The position numbers and the translations under genes are program-made. Source: a virus (Duplodnaviria; Caudoviricetes). From it: a stretch of 58,093 bases of DNA. Below the pieces are notes generated by a model. That model was not told where the DNA came from. It searched no databases and saw only the letters and a list, made by a program, of their open reading frames with translations. Shown here piece by piece: positions 17,601-26,020 of this stretch (within the stretch, counting starts at the first letter, position 1; every line of letters starts with the position of its first letter). The DNA lies in IMG/VR virus record IMGVR_UViG_3300033067_000641, positions 1 to 58,093 of that record; one strand, given 5' to 3'.

Positions 17601-20328
17601 TCTTGGCGCGCTTTTCAAAGTCACCGACGTCTTTCAGCTTGCTCTCGATGGCGGGCACGACGTACTTGTCCCGCAAGGCCATGATGTGCTTCTCGCCCTT
17701 CTGGTTTCTGACGGCGTTGAGGATACTTTCGGCGTTGTCATCGGTCAGCCTACCCTGCCGCCACAGGTCATGTACCTCCTTGGCGAGCGCAGCGTGTTTC
17801 CCATCCGGCGGCGCGCCGACATCGCGATGAGCGAACATCTCCATCTGCTCTTGGAGTTGCAGCAGCTTGCCCATATTGCGGTTCTTCGCTGCCTTGTCGA
17901 ACTCGTCTTTCAGCAGGCGCAGTTTCAACTCGGCGTCATCACGAACCGATGCAGTGCTCTTGTGCTTGGCTCGGAGCTTCGCGATAGCTTCTTTAGCATC
18001 AGCCCAGACTTGCTTGCCGGTCTCGATCAGTTCTTGAAGGCGCGACTGGGTTTCGGCCCCGCCTGACGCCTTGGTAATCTGCGCTTTACGAGCAGCGGGG
18101 GAAAGCGGGGGTTTTTTGGCGGGGGCAGCACGTTCTTCAAGAGCCTGTTCTCCGCGCCCGACGATCGAATAAAGCTCCTCAAGCGCAGAGTGCTTGGCAA
18201 AATCGGGAACCATCCCGCCCGGTTCGTGCATTTGACGAACCTGTGCCATCAGAGTGTTGAATCGGGGGAGCAGCTTGGCCGCAGCGGCGGCTCGTGCGCC
18301 TGCTTTGGACGCAGCAGTCCAGTCCCCGACAGAGAACGCCCGCATGAAGTCGTCGAAGATTCCCTTCTTCGCGGTGCTATCTCCGACGCCATCATCGAAC
18401 GCCGATCTCCCACCCTTGAGAGAGTTATTCTCCGAGAACAGGTCAGGAGTATGTGGCTCACCGGAGCTTCGATCAAATGGAATGCCATCCCCGCTAGATG
18501 GGGGTGGAGGCTCGCCGCCATCTTTCGGTACAAGACTCAGACCCGACTCGGGTTTGGTGTAAGGGATGCCTGCGTCTTCGGTAGGTTGTGCGGCTTCTTT
18601 TGCACCAAAATCGAAAGCCGTCTGAGGAGAGCGAACGAGCTTGCCGTCGGCGTCATACATCGCCGTGGCAGGGGGGTTGATCGGACGCCCGCCCGACATC
18701 TGCGCCAGTTGTTCTTGAATCTCATTCCCCGCACGAGCAGCGGCGATTGCCTGCTCCGGCGTAAGCTGATGCGTCTGCATCATCATTTGGATCTGATGAA
18801 GCTGCCGACGAAGATCGTTTGCGTGATCCTGATTGACCGGGGGTACGCTGCCGGGGGGCACGGGAGGGGCAGGACGATCCGTGCCGTCCGTGTAGTAGTG
18901 GGGGACGTTCGTGCCCTTGCCACCAAACATATCGATCGTCGGCCCGGCGTTGGGTTGGCTCGGCCCGACCAAATCATCGTAGCCTACTTCCCTGCCTGCC
19001 TTCCGCGACTCGGCTTCCATCGAGTCGGCAAGACGCTGTACCTGCTCCATGTACCACGCTTGGGTGCCCTCTTTGCCAACAGTCGGCTCGATCTGCTTGC
19101 TGATCGTCTGAGCAGCTTGGAGAAGGTCTGTGGGCTGCGAGGTATCGTTAAGCTGACGCCCAAGTTCAGCACGGTCTTTTCCGTGCCCTCGTGCGTCCAG
19201 TGCTGCGCCGGGAGCCATAAATCCTGCGGTGAGCGCACCCGTAACCGCGCCTTGCGCGATAGTAGGCAAGTAACTTTCATCCTGACGCTTGCCGTATGCT
19301 TGGTCAATTGCAAGCTCGCCACCCGATTGAGCACCGAATACACCGGCATCCGCAGCGGCGGCGCGGGGGAGATTGCTGATGAACTGCTTGCCCCATGTAC
19401 CGTCGGTAGCTTGGGCAGCGGCTTTCCCTGCGTCGGTAGCCGTGATGCGGGCGGGTGCGCCGAGAACGCCGTGCGCTACCTTGCCTAATCCCCAGATACC
19501 CGCAGAAGCCAGACCGCCGTGCATCGCCGCGTTGGCCCGCGTATCGTCGAGCGACATCCCCTCGTCTTGGTTCTGGCGGAATTTTTCCTCGTAGGTCGAT
19601 GCGCCGAAAGCAGGCACCAGAGCCATGTTCAGACCGGCGCTCACGGCGGGGCCGACGTAGGGAATGAACTTCGCTGCCTGCGCGGCGACCAACGGCGCTG
19701 CTGCATTTGCTGCGCCGACCACTGTCTTGGACACATCGCCTCGCCCGTACATGTCGGGGTTCCACTGGAGCTTGTCAGCGGTCGCGTTGAGAGACTGGTT
19801 GATGCTGCTGTCGGCATCGAACGGGAGCGCGGCGGCGCGGGTGCCTAGAGCAAGGAGGTTGACCGGAGCATGCCCCAGTGCGCTTGCGACTTGCCCTACA
19901 TCGTGCCCAATACCGCGCTGCTGACCAGCCCATTGGAGGTAGCCATGCACTTCGTCAAGTGGCACGGCTTGGAAGCCTATCGGGATCTCGCCCCCGCGAT
20001 AGATAGCCGCGCCGGACTGCAACGAGTTGTCAACGTCTTGCAGATTCTTCAGATCAACGAGCTTTCCGTTGGCGAAGATCCGATTGCCATCGATGAGTAC
20101 ATGCGGTCCCTGTGGTGTCGGTTCAGGTGCGGGGGTAGGGGCTGGAGCCTGTTGAAGCGGGGGCAACCCTTGGTAGGTCGAGGGCATCGGCGAGCCCGCC
20201 GGGGGCAGGCCCTTGTAGCTCGGATGCGCGGCAGGCATCTGCAACCCTGCTTTGGGCGCGATACCCATAGCAGCATCCGACGAAATCCCGAACATCAGGG
20301 GGTTGGTCGCCGCCGTGTTTTGATCCAT
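11677..20328 (-). CDS. Large polyvalent internal virion/ejection protein (zincin HExxxH domain, PLxRFG-like C-terminal region)
   Basis: 2883 aa, last gene of the virion operon. Motifs LLHEVGTHVG...HEELIGY and YSPLVRTGDW, plus hydrophobic segments. Confidence 0.75.
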   Translation of the reverse strand: MDQNTAATNPLMFGISSDAAMGIAPKAGLQMPAAHPSYKGLPPAGSPMPSTYQGLPPLQQAPAPTPAPEPTPQGPHVLIDGNRIFANGKLVDLKNLQDVDNSLQSGAAIYRGGEIPIGFQAVPLDEVHGYLQWAGQQRGIGHDVGQVASALGHAPVNLLALGTRAAALPFDADSSINQSLNATADKLQWNPDMYGRGDVSKTVVGAANAAAPLVAAQAAKFIPYVGPAVSAGLNMALVPAFGASTYEEKFRQNQDEGMSLDDTRANAAMHGGLASAGIWGLGKVAHGVLGAPARITATDAGKAAAQATDGTWGKQFISNLPRAAAADAGVFGAQSGGELAIDQAYGKRQDESYLPTIAQGAVTGALTAGFMAPGAALDARGHGKDRAELGRQLNDTSQPTDLLQAAQTISKQIEPTVGKEGTQAWYMEQVQRLADSMEAESRKAGREVGYDDLVGPSQPNAGPTIDMFGGKGTNVPHYYTDGTDRPAPPVPPGSVPPVNQDHANDLRRQLHQIQMMMQTHQLTPEQAIAAARAGNEIQEQLAQMSGGRPINPPATAMYDADGKLVRSPQTAFDFGAKEAAQPTEDAGIPYTKPESGLSLVPKDGGEPPPPSSGDGIPFDRSSGEPHTPDLFSENNSLKGGRSAFDDGVGDSTAKKGIFDDFMRAFSVGDWTAASKAGARAAAAAKLLPRFNTLMAQVRQMHEPGGMVPDFAKHSALEELYSIVGRGEQALEERAAPAKKPPLSPAARKAQITKASGGAETQSRLQELIETGKQVWADAKEAIAKLRAKHKSTASVRDDAELKLRLLKDEFDKAAKNRNMGKLLQLQEQMEMFAHRDVGAPPDGKHAALAKEVHDLWRQGRLTDDNAESILNAVRNQKGEKHIMALRDKYVVPAIESKLKDVGDFEKRAKTHDENAAEDANTSVGADKDTVLEIMKRIQLLGGNDLTRHIELAMLINIARRGYTQRDKLIKEDIANRLLDDKDTADLANAAIEEFLTSNKNRNKQAREVNDADLAFAEARSRRMDEGAGQDVGGLTKESRRQVDSLRARINKSNDDGTPGNPWRILNKYASAHYEPVTRDDVMPDGSVVRAVELSATDQLLRDIVSDLHAEPFKKLTDDGMRRIIDIMSKKYSPEVMEVITRHMDLSPIVRVAQARFSRPDNHINRENEYTNRRVVALINELGKDSNVPGVAERRKVLKDKLDEMYEWYRKGMGAGVMRPSFAQFIERLLGSEGLTKMYHGTKGPKGKIQVEMLKLRTDLRNVGADERLGKIGLSVQEAVKGKAEKKESTRKRDEADRIGNEDLAYTYPEADLAESTSDVPRDAKNPPVYSKVDHEPYRVSYELEKNPNGDTVVKTLSAVNELSGKHDDSIEAWQGKTAREVLRGLGQRLGLSHEAFNEMKNAVDADTRAEIARKKIAEESAAATAGERERERNRKEVEKFTSDNATVMKQVSKLEKAGFTVSMGKDKAGRTIITGEKEGTESGKFVRRVITLPKDGKKPTSDIVSSVDGKMAHKQESVPPAHEGVVKGGLDGLTPDVKAELEKSKSRVEIPDVPEAPEAEQGKPKKASRKAAAPTVDERIEKIRDFLADVKAGKARATMPKLLELARSIEMDTKARTNADGSLAVPAPTIPNLTARLGAAVENSDRITGRVVPLKTRAQAITEEKMKKPVGGEIPEEKAKKSVGEEVTDPSDERSVRAALEELAGYGGPGEAVPNKSRIQIYDSVDDVPEADRHLFNDGVAGIAWKGDRAIIVANRTQRGNEKGILLHEVGTHVGLEKLIGADNVRAVADRIHDFGRNGTAVEREAVAAAKKRIPKDTHPEDAHEELIGYTAEELVKRGVTPKGVGKAAQLLRDIRKWVVKALNGTGLFHLSEGKMDGQDLVNLLQGSLAHSMWSPEPAPTKPSGERVMRSVAEKKEDPRRTIWSKASIDRTLNTLPESQRKTASAAIAAMKTASDKWLGMAFLGDLADHMEPYLPSVKRYYDLQHLRSAKALSLTMDIDRHGQNYTAMKKADRDAADRVITMMDKSKVWGYDPAEFGSKRGYGIKVDKASEEAKAFAVLTPEAKKVVAEHFELGHKMMGALKLGLRERAQATYDEAIKADAEPTHAKEVLDAALKKIKKDFPESSGPYSPLVRTGDWVAAGQSKEFSELEHGTAKGTKGTKEQIARYNELRADPEHNYIVHGTRGEMEDMERMLRKEGMANTVAYPRENFFANNEMPFKQIEKLKASLKNMDEGEDGIDRKTQAAALRSLDEMYLSALSDTSARHSSQHRAYVAGFRPDRVIASMEHYKSMAHLIALLHHSSDVHDALERIRAEAKAKDGKITYADGTTATLKGDIQQRKIYAKEILLRHNLNNIHLPPDKFSTSALKLTAGVRIVTSPGFYLQQITEPFMVMLPTLAARHNDYGGAWAAMTKAWGDAKRNVSLFSKGAFDPEKFDGTANEKEMLKYMMERGRIDLGHFTDLGSSEGGTFSHAFANSFGRFMRVATNMEAINRVMSSLTAYRMEMAKNGGDHQKALEATDKLVRISHGEFDAFSTPRYMMRQQWPNMPVRLITQFKKFQVMQVSLLARNIANAFGDAPPEEKKIARAMLGYTFTQYGALTGAMGLPGYGFASTLIDWLLKDKDEPLAPDYHLNDFLAGHMGQTMADLITKGVPGALGAPVTSRLGAGGMASVIPLEDVDLSDRGHLANTALAFMGPFIGMVGNDWMGAYAKMRQGDYYKGMEQLMPAMLRNGMREYRQAALPGTESFGGVTNSKNDVLLAPEDITALEHALSAVGFNSSRMEMRQLIENFKYQEQAYYQLRYDRLAHEYAATQRAGGDTTALRDRWMEYQDAERKLGLLPTPIGGMYRSQGSQLKREAMTIEGIQWNKRNRGMVADQTGRNP

Positions 20329-20336
20329 ACAACCCC

Positions 20337-22514
20337 CTACTGGTTCAGATCCGCCATCTTACTACGGCTGTACCCTGCCCTGCCAGTGTCGATGCCCACC
20401 ACACCACCGTTTGCATGCCGTTCGCCTGAAATCAGAGCGTCACCAAATACGCCTCGCCCAGAAGCGATCTGCATAGCTGTATTCGGAGTGACGCCGCTAA
20501 TCATCGGCATGGACTGCGCCGACCCCTGCGCCACAGGCAGAGGGGTGAGTTGCGGCCTAAGAGGCATCACGGTTTTGCCCGACGGGGGCTGTGCATCTGG
20601 GATCTGGAATACCTTGCCTCCGCTCGTGACGACCCCCGCGCCGGGGTACATCGGCCCCAGATGCGCTTCGGTCTTGTTTGCCCCGATAGTGGCTACATCA
20701 CGCGCAGCATTCCCTTGGGCCTCATTGCGCTCACGCCCAATTTGCTGTTCGATCTGCTTCTCAGCGATCTTCGTCGCGCCCGGCCCCGCCTCCTTGGCGA
20801 TAGACATAGCAGTCGCCTGACGAATTTCCATCTGCTGCTGAATCAACTGCTGCTGTAATAGGGTGTCGACGTTGGAGCGGAGCGAAGTGGCCATGTCACT
20901 CGCCGACATGACCGAGCCGGGGATAACCGCAGGCTTGCCGTCCTTGCCCTGCGTCACCATCGCATACTGGCCATTCCCCACCGGCCAAACTCGCGCTGTG
21001 CTCCCCGATACGCGGTTGAACTCGTTGCTAAGAACACTCATCGCTTTTTGGTCGCCCGCCGCCGCCTGACCGGCGACGTTGAAGATCTGGCCACTGTATA
21101 GCGAAGCCTTGTAGCCCATGATCTGTTGGCTGAGTGCGGCGGCAGCCTGCATACCCTCGGAGGTGCGCGGATCGATCGTGCTCAACTGTTTCTGGGCGTT
21201 CTGAATGAGCATCGCATGGTACTGCTGATACGCACCCTGCTGCCCACTTGACGCTTGTTGTGCTCCGGGCGTGAAGCCGGGAGCGATGTCGGGCCCTGCG
21301 GGGGCATTGTACTGTGCAGCAGTGGGTTGTTGGACTCCAGTGGGTTGGCCTGCTTGCGGGGGTTGCCCCTGCGCCAAACTCGCGTACTTGGACACGTACG
21401 CCTGACCATTCGGCGTGATCTGCCCATTGACGAAACCGCCGCCATACGCAGCGAGGGCTTTGTCCCACCCGCCAAGTTTCTGGGCGAGTCGGGTCAGATA
21501 CACTGCTGCGCCGGTTGCCTCGGAGGCGAAGTTGCCGACTTGTATGCCCTGCTGTTTGGCAGTGCTCGGAATCCACTGAAAATACCCGTCAGCGCGGTAG
21601 TTCTGGCCCGGAATAACAGGGCCTTGTCGCGGCACCCCGCCAGACTCGACCTCAAGCATTTTGGATAGGATGCCCGGAGGCATACCGTTCTTTTGCTCTA
21701 GCGACGATAGGTATGGTGCGACGTCTGCTACTTTCACCGGAGAACGATCGGGGATCTGCGGCGCACCTGTATTCGCGGCGAGGGCAGAGTTGGCATCTGC
21801 GGGGGATGTGACTGCTTGCGCCTTCAGGTCAGGCTTGGCGAACTGATGCGTCTGGTTGGTAGTCGCTCCGAGCAGGGGATTCTGCGATGGGTCAACCCCT
21901 TTAGATGCTGCCGGGAGAGGAGCCGACGCAGGCAGCTTCTGGCGCACTCCAAGGTCAGCCTGATCTGATGCGGCTTTCTGCAAACGGGAATAAAGGCTGA
22001 TCAGGTCAGAGTGACCAGCGCGCCCCAGTGCTTTCTCCGCAGCAATCTTCTCTCCCGCCATACGGGCGATGTCGGCATTCTCCTCCGGTGTCTTGCGCTG
22101 CAAGTCGGCATGCACATCCTTCTCGTTGTACATAGTGATGTACGGGAGTTGAGTCGGTGTAGCAGCCTGCTGCGGCGGATATGCGGGTTGGCCCGGCTTC
22201 AATGTCGGCTTCGGGTTATATGCATCTCCGCTCGTCTGGGGGGCGGGAGCAGCGGGGGCTTGAGGCGCAGCAGGAGCTTCGGGGGCTTTCCCCATCTCGT
22301 ACCCGTTCATGTCCAACTGCGGAGCCGCTATAGCTGCATTGTCGCGCAGGGCCTTGGCGTTTCGCATGCGGTTCTCAACGTCGATCTGTTGAGTACGCAT
22401 GTTGTCCAACTGCTGTTGGTTTTGAGCAGCGGCAGACGAGCGGCGCAGGGCGGCTTCGTCCCCCGACTGCATCGCATCACCGGCTGCACCGATTCCTGCT
22501 CCAAGTCCAAACAT
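20337..22514 (-). CDS. Internal virion protein with soluble lytic transglycosylase domain
   Basis: LEVESGG...GYFQWIPST...GAAVYL...ALAAYGGG. Confidence 0.85.
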   Translation of the reverse strand: MFGLGAGIGAAGDAMQSGDEAALRRSSAAAQNQQQLDNMRTQQIDVENRMRNAKALRDNAAIAAPQLDMNGYEMGKAPEAPAAPQAPAAPAPQTSGDAYNPKPTLKPGQPAYPPQQAATPTQLPYITMYNEKDVHADLQRKTPEENADIARMAGEKIAAEKALGRAGHSDLISLYSRLQKAASDQADLGVRQKLPASAPLPAASKGVDPSQNPLLGATTNQTHQFAKPDLKAQAVTSPADANSALAANTGAPQIPDRSPVKVADVAPYLSSLEQKNGMPPGILSKMLEVESGGVPRQGPVIPGQNYRADGYFQWIPSTAKQQGIQVGNFASEATGAAVYLTRLAQKLGGWDKALAAYGGGFVNGQITPNGQAYVSKYASLAQGQPPQAGQPTGVQQPTAAQYNAPAGPDIAPGFTPGAQQASSGQQGAYQQYHAMLIQNAQKQLSTIDPRTSEGMQAAAALSQQIMGYKASLYSGQIFNVAGQAAAGDQKAMSVLSNEFNRVSGSTARVWPVGNGQYAMVTQGKDGKPAVIPGSVMSASDMATSLRSNVDTLLQQQLIQQQMEIRQATAMSIAKEAGPGATKIAEKQIEQQIGRERNEAQGNAARDVATIGANKTEAHLGPMYPGAGVVTSGGKVFQIPDAQPPSGKTVMPLRPQLTPLPVAQGSAQSMPMISGVTPNTAMQIASGRGVFGDALISGERHANGGVVGIDTGRAGYSRSKMADLNQ

Positions 22515-22524
22515 GGCTTACCCC

Positions 22525-23964
22525 TTAGTTCCCAGTGCTATTGTAGGTCGCATTCCCGGTCGCATCCTTAAGCTGCTTGGCTGCGGTGGAGGCCCCCGGA
22601 CTGACGCCAAAGTCCTGATTGATCGTGTTGGCCAGACTGCCCGCGTACCCGACCGCACTCTGGCCCTGCTGCTTGGCGGTGCTGTACATATCGGCGGGGT
22701 TGCTGATCGGCTGATACAGGTTTGCGCCTGTGGTCTTGGTTCCCGTCTGGGCGTTGAGACCTGCCGTCCAACCCGTCCCGTAGGCCGTCGATTGATTCAG
22801 ACCGGCGTTGGTGTTGTGCCGTGCTTTCTCAGCGTTGATGTAGCTCGGGTCACGACCCTGCGCTTCCAGAGACTTCTGGTAGGCATCCCACGAGTTCGAG
22901 TCGGTGATGGCTGCATTCGCCGCCGCCTTCACGCCAAAGTCGTTGGGGTTGTACGAGTTCGCGTCCTGAATCAACTGGCCACCGACCGTGTTCTTGGTAA
23001 GCTGCTGCCCCTTGTTGAAGTCATAGGCTTCGCGCTGAAGGGCGAGTTGCTCCTCGGCGGTCTTCTGCTGCGCCTTGAGTGCATCTGGTACGCCCATGAG
23101 ATAGGACGAGGCGGTCTGAAGACCGAGTTGAGTAGCGCCCTTGGCAAGGTTGCTTGGGTCAGTCAGAGCTTGCATGAACGTCCGGTTACTCCCCGAGGAC
23201 GTCCCATTACTGCTGGTGCTCGGCGCGCTTGCTGTGGCCCCCGTCACGCTATCTGTGGTGTTAGTGACTCCCCCGAGTTGCCCAAGGGAAGTATTACCGA
23301 TGCCACCCGCCCCCGGAGTCGTGGTGTTCAGTGCGGTATTAAATCCTGCCTGCGTGGTATTTAAATCCCCGCCTACATTGCCGAACATGCTCTGGCCAGT
23401 GACGTTATTCCCGCCAAGATTGAACCCATCCCCCATTCCGCCTGTGGCTACACTGACCGGAGCCTGTGGAGCAAATGCAGAGTCCGTAGTTATGCCAGTT
23501 TGGATACCTTGCACTGGTAATCCGTCTGTCCCAATCCCCGACGTATTCAACCCCGCAGGAGACCCCCCGCCAAAGGCCCCCGTGAGGCTGTTGAAGTTGT
23601 TGCTCAAGGTTGCGCCGAAGTCTCCGGGGACATAGTTGCTCATCATAGCATCGCCACCCATCGCGCCGCCAATGGCCCCCCCGACGCCGCCCATCAATGC
23701 CCCTTTGAGCGGGTCTCCCCCCGTAACTGCCGCGCCGATCGCACCCATACCGGCACCCGCAACCGCACCGCCGACAGCGACCGACGTTTCAAGGGCTGTT
23801 GCAATCGCGGGAGCAGCGTAAGGCATAACCACCATCGACACCACCGCTACCAACGCACCTGCGCCGCCCTTGCCACCCCCTCCGCCGCCTTTGCATAGGA
23901 TCATCTTCCCCGTCACGGTGCGATAGCTCTGGGGGCCATCGAGTTCTGCAATGTATTCGTGCAT
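22525..23964 (-). CDS. Internal virion (DNA pilot/ejection) protein
   Basis: Gly/Ala-rich hydrophobic N-terminus, Q/T-rich body, position in the operon. Confidence 0.65.
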   Translation of the reverse strand: MHEYIAELDGPQSYRTVTGKMILCKGGGGGGKGGAGALVAVVSMVVMPYAAPAIATALETSVAVGGAVAGAGMGAIGAAVTGGDPLKGALMGGVGGAIGGAMGGDAMMSNYVPGDFGATLSNNFNSLTGAFGGGSPAGLNTSGIGTDGLPVQGIQTGITTDSAFAPQAPVSVATGGMGDGFNLGGNNVTGQSMFGNVGGDLNTTQAGFNTALNTTTPGAGGIGNTSLGQLGGVTNTTDSVTGATASAPSTSSNGTSSGSNRTFMQALTDPSNLAKGATQLGLQTASSYLMGVPDALKAQQKTAEEQLALQREAYDFNKGQQLTKNTVGGQLIQDANSYNPNDFGVKAAANAAITDSNSWDAYQKSLEAQGRDPSYINAEKARHNTNAGLNQSTAYGTGWTAGLNAQTGTKTTGANLYQPISNPADMYSTAKQQGQSAVGYAGSLANTINQDFGVSPGASTAAKQLKDATGNATYNSTGN

Positions 23965-23967
23965 GAT

Positions 23968-24390
23968 CTACTCCAACGTCAGTCTGGTATGGTTGTACAG
24001 CTTCTTGAACCCGAGGCGGCTGAGATACTTCATCATGCCGTCGCTCACCCACGCATCCACGGCTTTGACGTTATTTGCCTTAAGCCATGCCACCACAATC
24101 TCCCACCACCGGCTTTTGGCCTTCATCAGCCCACGCCCGCCGAGGGCAAACACATTCGCTGCCGTGAATTTCGGGTAGGGGATGAACTCCACTGCCATCG
24201 CTATCGTCACGGCACCATCCTCCAGTTCGACAAAAATGAAGCATCGTCCCAAGGCATGAAGCGTTCGAATATCCTCCGCATCAATCTCTCCATGCGCCGC
24301 TTCATCACAGCACCTCTTGAACAGGGGTCCAACTTGGGTCCATAGCTCCGTCAACCTCTCGGGTGTGGGGTATTCGATCGTGAAGGTCAT
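23968..24390 (-). CDS. GNAT-fold-like protein of the virion operon
   Basis: ANVFALGG...YLSRLGFK. Usual position ahead of internal virion genes. Confidence 0.55.
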   Translation of the reverse strand: MTFTIEYPTPERLTELWTQVGPLFKRCCDEAAHGEIDAEDIRTLHALGRCFIFVELEDGAVTIAMAVEFIPYPKFTAANVFALGGRGLMKAKSRWWEIVVAWLKANNVKAVDAWVSDGMMKYLSRLGFKKLYNHTRLTLE

Positions 24391-25670
24391 GCTTGACGAG
24401 GAATCGCCCCATGATACTTGCGGACAAGCCCATCAAAGAAATCCTTGCCTTTGGCAGCGACAACGTCTGCCGGAATGATGAACTCCCCATTGCTTACCTT
24501 GACCGGCCCGCCCGTGCTCTGATTAACCGCATGGATCGAGTCGCTCGTACCAGTGCCCGGCCCGTGGATCATGCCGCCGCCTGCGTGTGCCTCGGGTTGC
24601 CCGCCCATCGGGTTCGCCCCCTGATCCTGCACGTTACCCTGCGGCCCCTGACTTCCAAGCGCCCCTTCAGCCGCTTTCGCCGCCGTGAGGATGATAAGAA
24701 CAAGCCCTTGGTCGTACTGCTGCGGCAGATCGTTGGGGCCACACAGCCCACGGGAGATAGCGAACTGGCGAAGCTGCGGCCAGAGTTGGGGGTTCTGCAA
24801 ACAGGCTTGTGCCAGTTGGACGGCGATGTTGGCCAGATGCGGATCGATCTGCCCTTGGGCGATGGCCTGCTGTATGTGCTGTTGGATCTGCTGCTTGACG
24901 CCGGGGTTCTGGCGAAGCATGTCTGTGATCTGCTGATCCGCCATCTGTGGGTTGATGGGTTGGCCGGGCTGACCCTGCTGCGGAGCACCCAGAGGGGCGT
25001 TGGGGGGCACGGGCGAGCCGACCTGACCACCATCCGCATAGGCCGGAGTGTTGGGGTTCATGCGCCCGCCGCGCCCGGCAGTCGTCGGAGCAGCGTTGGA
25101 GAACGTATTGCCGCCGAAGGCGTGGGAAAGGGGCGTTTCAGCGGCCACGCCGCCCGTATTCAAACCGGCCAGTGGATTCCCCCCTTGCCCGTGAACTCCA
25201 GACATCGCGATGTAGTTGGGGTTAGCGACAGAAGATGCGACTCCGGGAATCGTCTCCCCTGTAAACGGGTCGGTGCTACTGGCTGCGAATGTATCGAGCG
25301 TCGGGGGGACATACGCTGCCTGTGCGCCCTGCTGCCCGACGGAGTTCAGCGTGAAGTGCTGTCCGTTCGCTACTGTACCAAACATCGGAGTGACGTTGGG
25401 GTTGTCTGCGGTAGGCATGGCATTCTGTGCCGCCGAGGGGGCGGTCGGGAGCGTAGCGGTGTTCAGACCGATCTGCCCACCATCTGCGTATCCGGCGGCT
25501 TCCATCGCCTTCCGGGTGTTGTCGGTCTGGGTCGTATTCGCCCGAATGTTATTCGCCCCCTGCTGAACATTCACAGTCGCCGGGCCCGGTGCCGTCGGAG
25601 CGGGACGTGCCGGTGGTTGGGCGGGGGGCGTTGCAGGTTTCTGCGACGAGGAATCGAAAGGCCAAGCCAT
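24387..25670 (-). CDS. Virion-associated protein with YADGG repeats
   Basis: YADGGQ twice, and HAGGGMIHGPGTGTSDSI...SNGEFIIPADVV. Confidence 0.7.
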   Translation of the reverse strand: MAWPFDSSSQKPATPPAQPPARPAPTAPGPATVNVQQGANNIRANTTQTDNTRKAMEAAGYADGGQIGLNTATLPTAPSAAQNAMPTADNPNVTPMFGTVANGQHFTLNSVGQQGAQAAYVPPTLDTFAASSTDPFTGETIPGVASSVANPNYIAMSGVHGQGGNPLAGLNTGGVAAETPLSHAFGGNTFSNAAPTTAGRGGRMNPNTPAYADGGQVGSPVPPNAPLGAPQQGQPGQPINPQMADQQITDMLRQNPGVKQQIQQHIQQAIAQGQIDPHLANIAVQLAQACLQNPQLWPQLRQFAISRGLCGPNDLPQQYDQGLVLIILTAAKAAEGALGSQGPQGNVQDQGANPMGGQPEAHAGGGMIHGPGTGTSDSIHAVNQSTGGPVKVSNGEFIIPADVVAAKGKDFFDGLVRKYHGAIPRQA

Positions 25671-25679
25671 GATGTGCTC

Positions 25680-26018
25680 CTATGATTTAAGCCGACCAAT
25701 CAGGTCGTTGACCTGTGCTTGCAAGGATACCACATTGTTGGCAAGCTCTTGGACGTTGTTGATGAGGGCGACGAACTGGTTGAAATCAGCGACGAGATTG
25801 CCAGAAATGTTATAACCGGTGGGCTGCGCGGTGACACGTTTCATGGTTACGTTGTCGGCAACGGCGGTCGCAACGATGTCGTTGGTCACTGCCCGCCCCT
25901 GCGCGCCGCTCAGACCCGTCAGAAGCTCGATGTTGATCTTCATCTGGTTGAGGATGTCGGCTTCCCACTGTTGAACACCAGACTGGGGCACATCGCGGAT
26001 AGACTGGAATGACGGCAC
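25680..26018 (-). CDS. Hypothetical structural protein
   Basis: In-operon ORF with a coiled-coil C-terminus. Confidence 0.7.
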   Translation of the reverse strand: MPSFQSIRDVPQSGVQQWEADILNQMKINIELLTGLSGAQGRAVTNDIVATAVADNVTMKRVTAQPTGYNISGNLVADFNQFVALINNVQELANNVVSLQAQVNDLIGRLKS

Positions 26019-26020
26019 GA

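Noticed and set aside
11677-20328. N4-like virion RNA polymerase
   Set aside because: Size is suggestive, but I recognised no RNA polymerase catalytic motifs.
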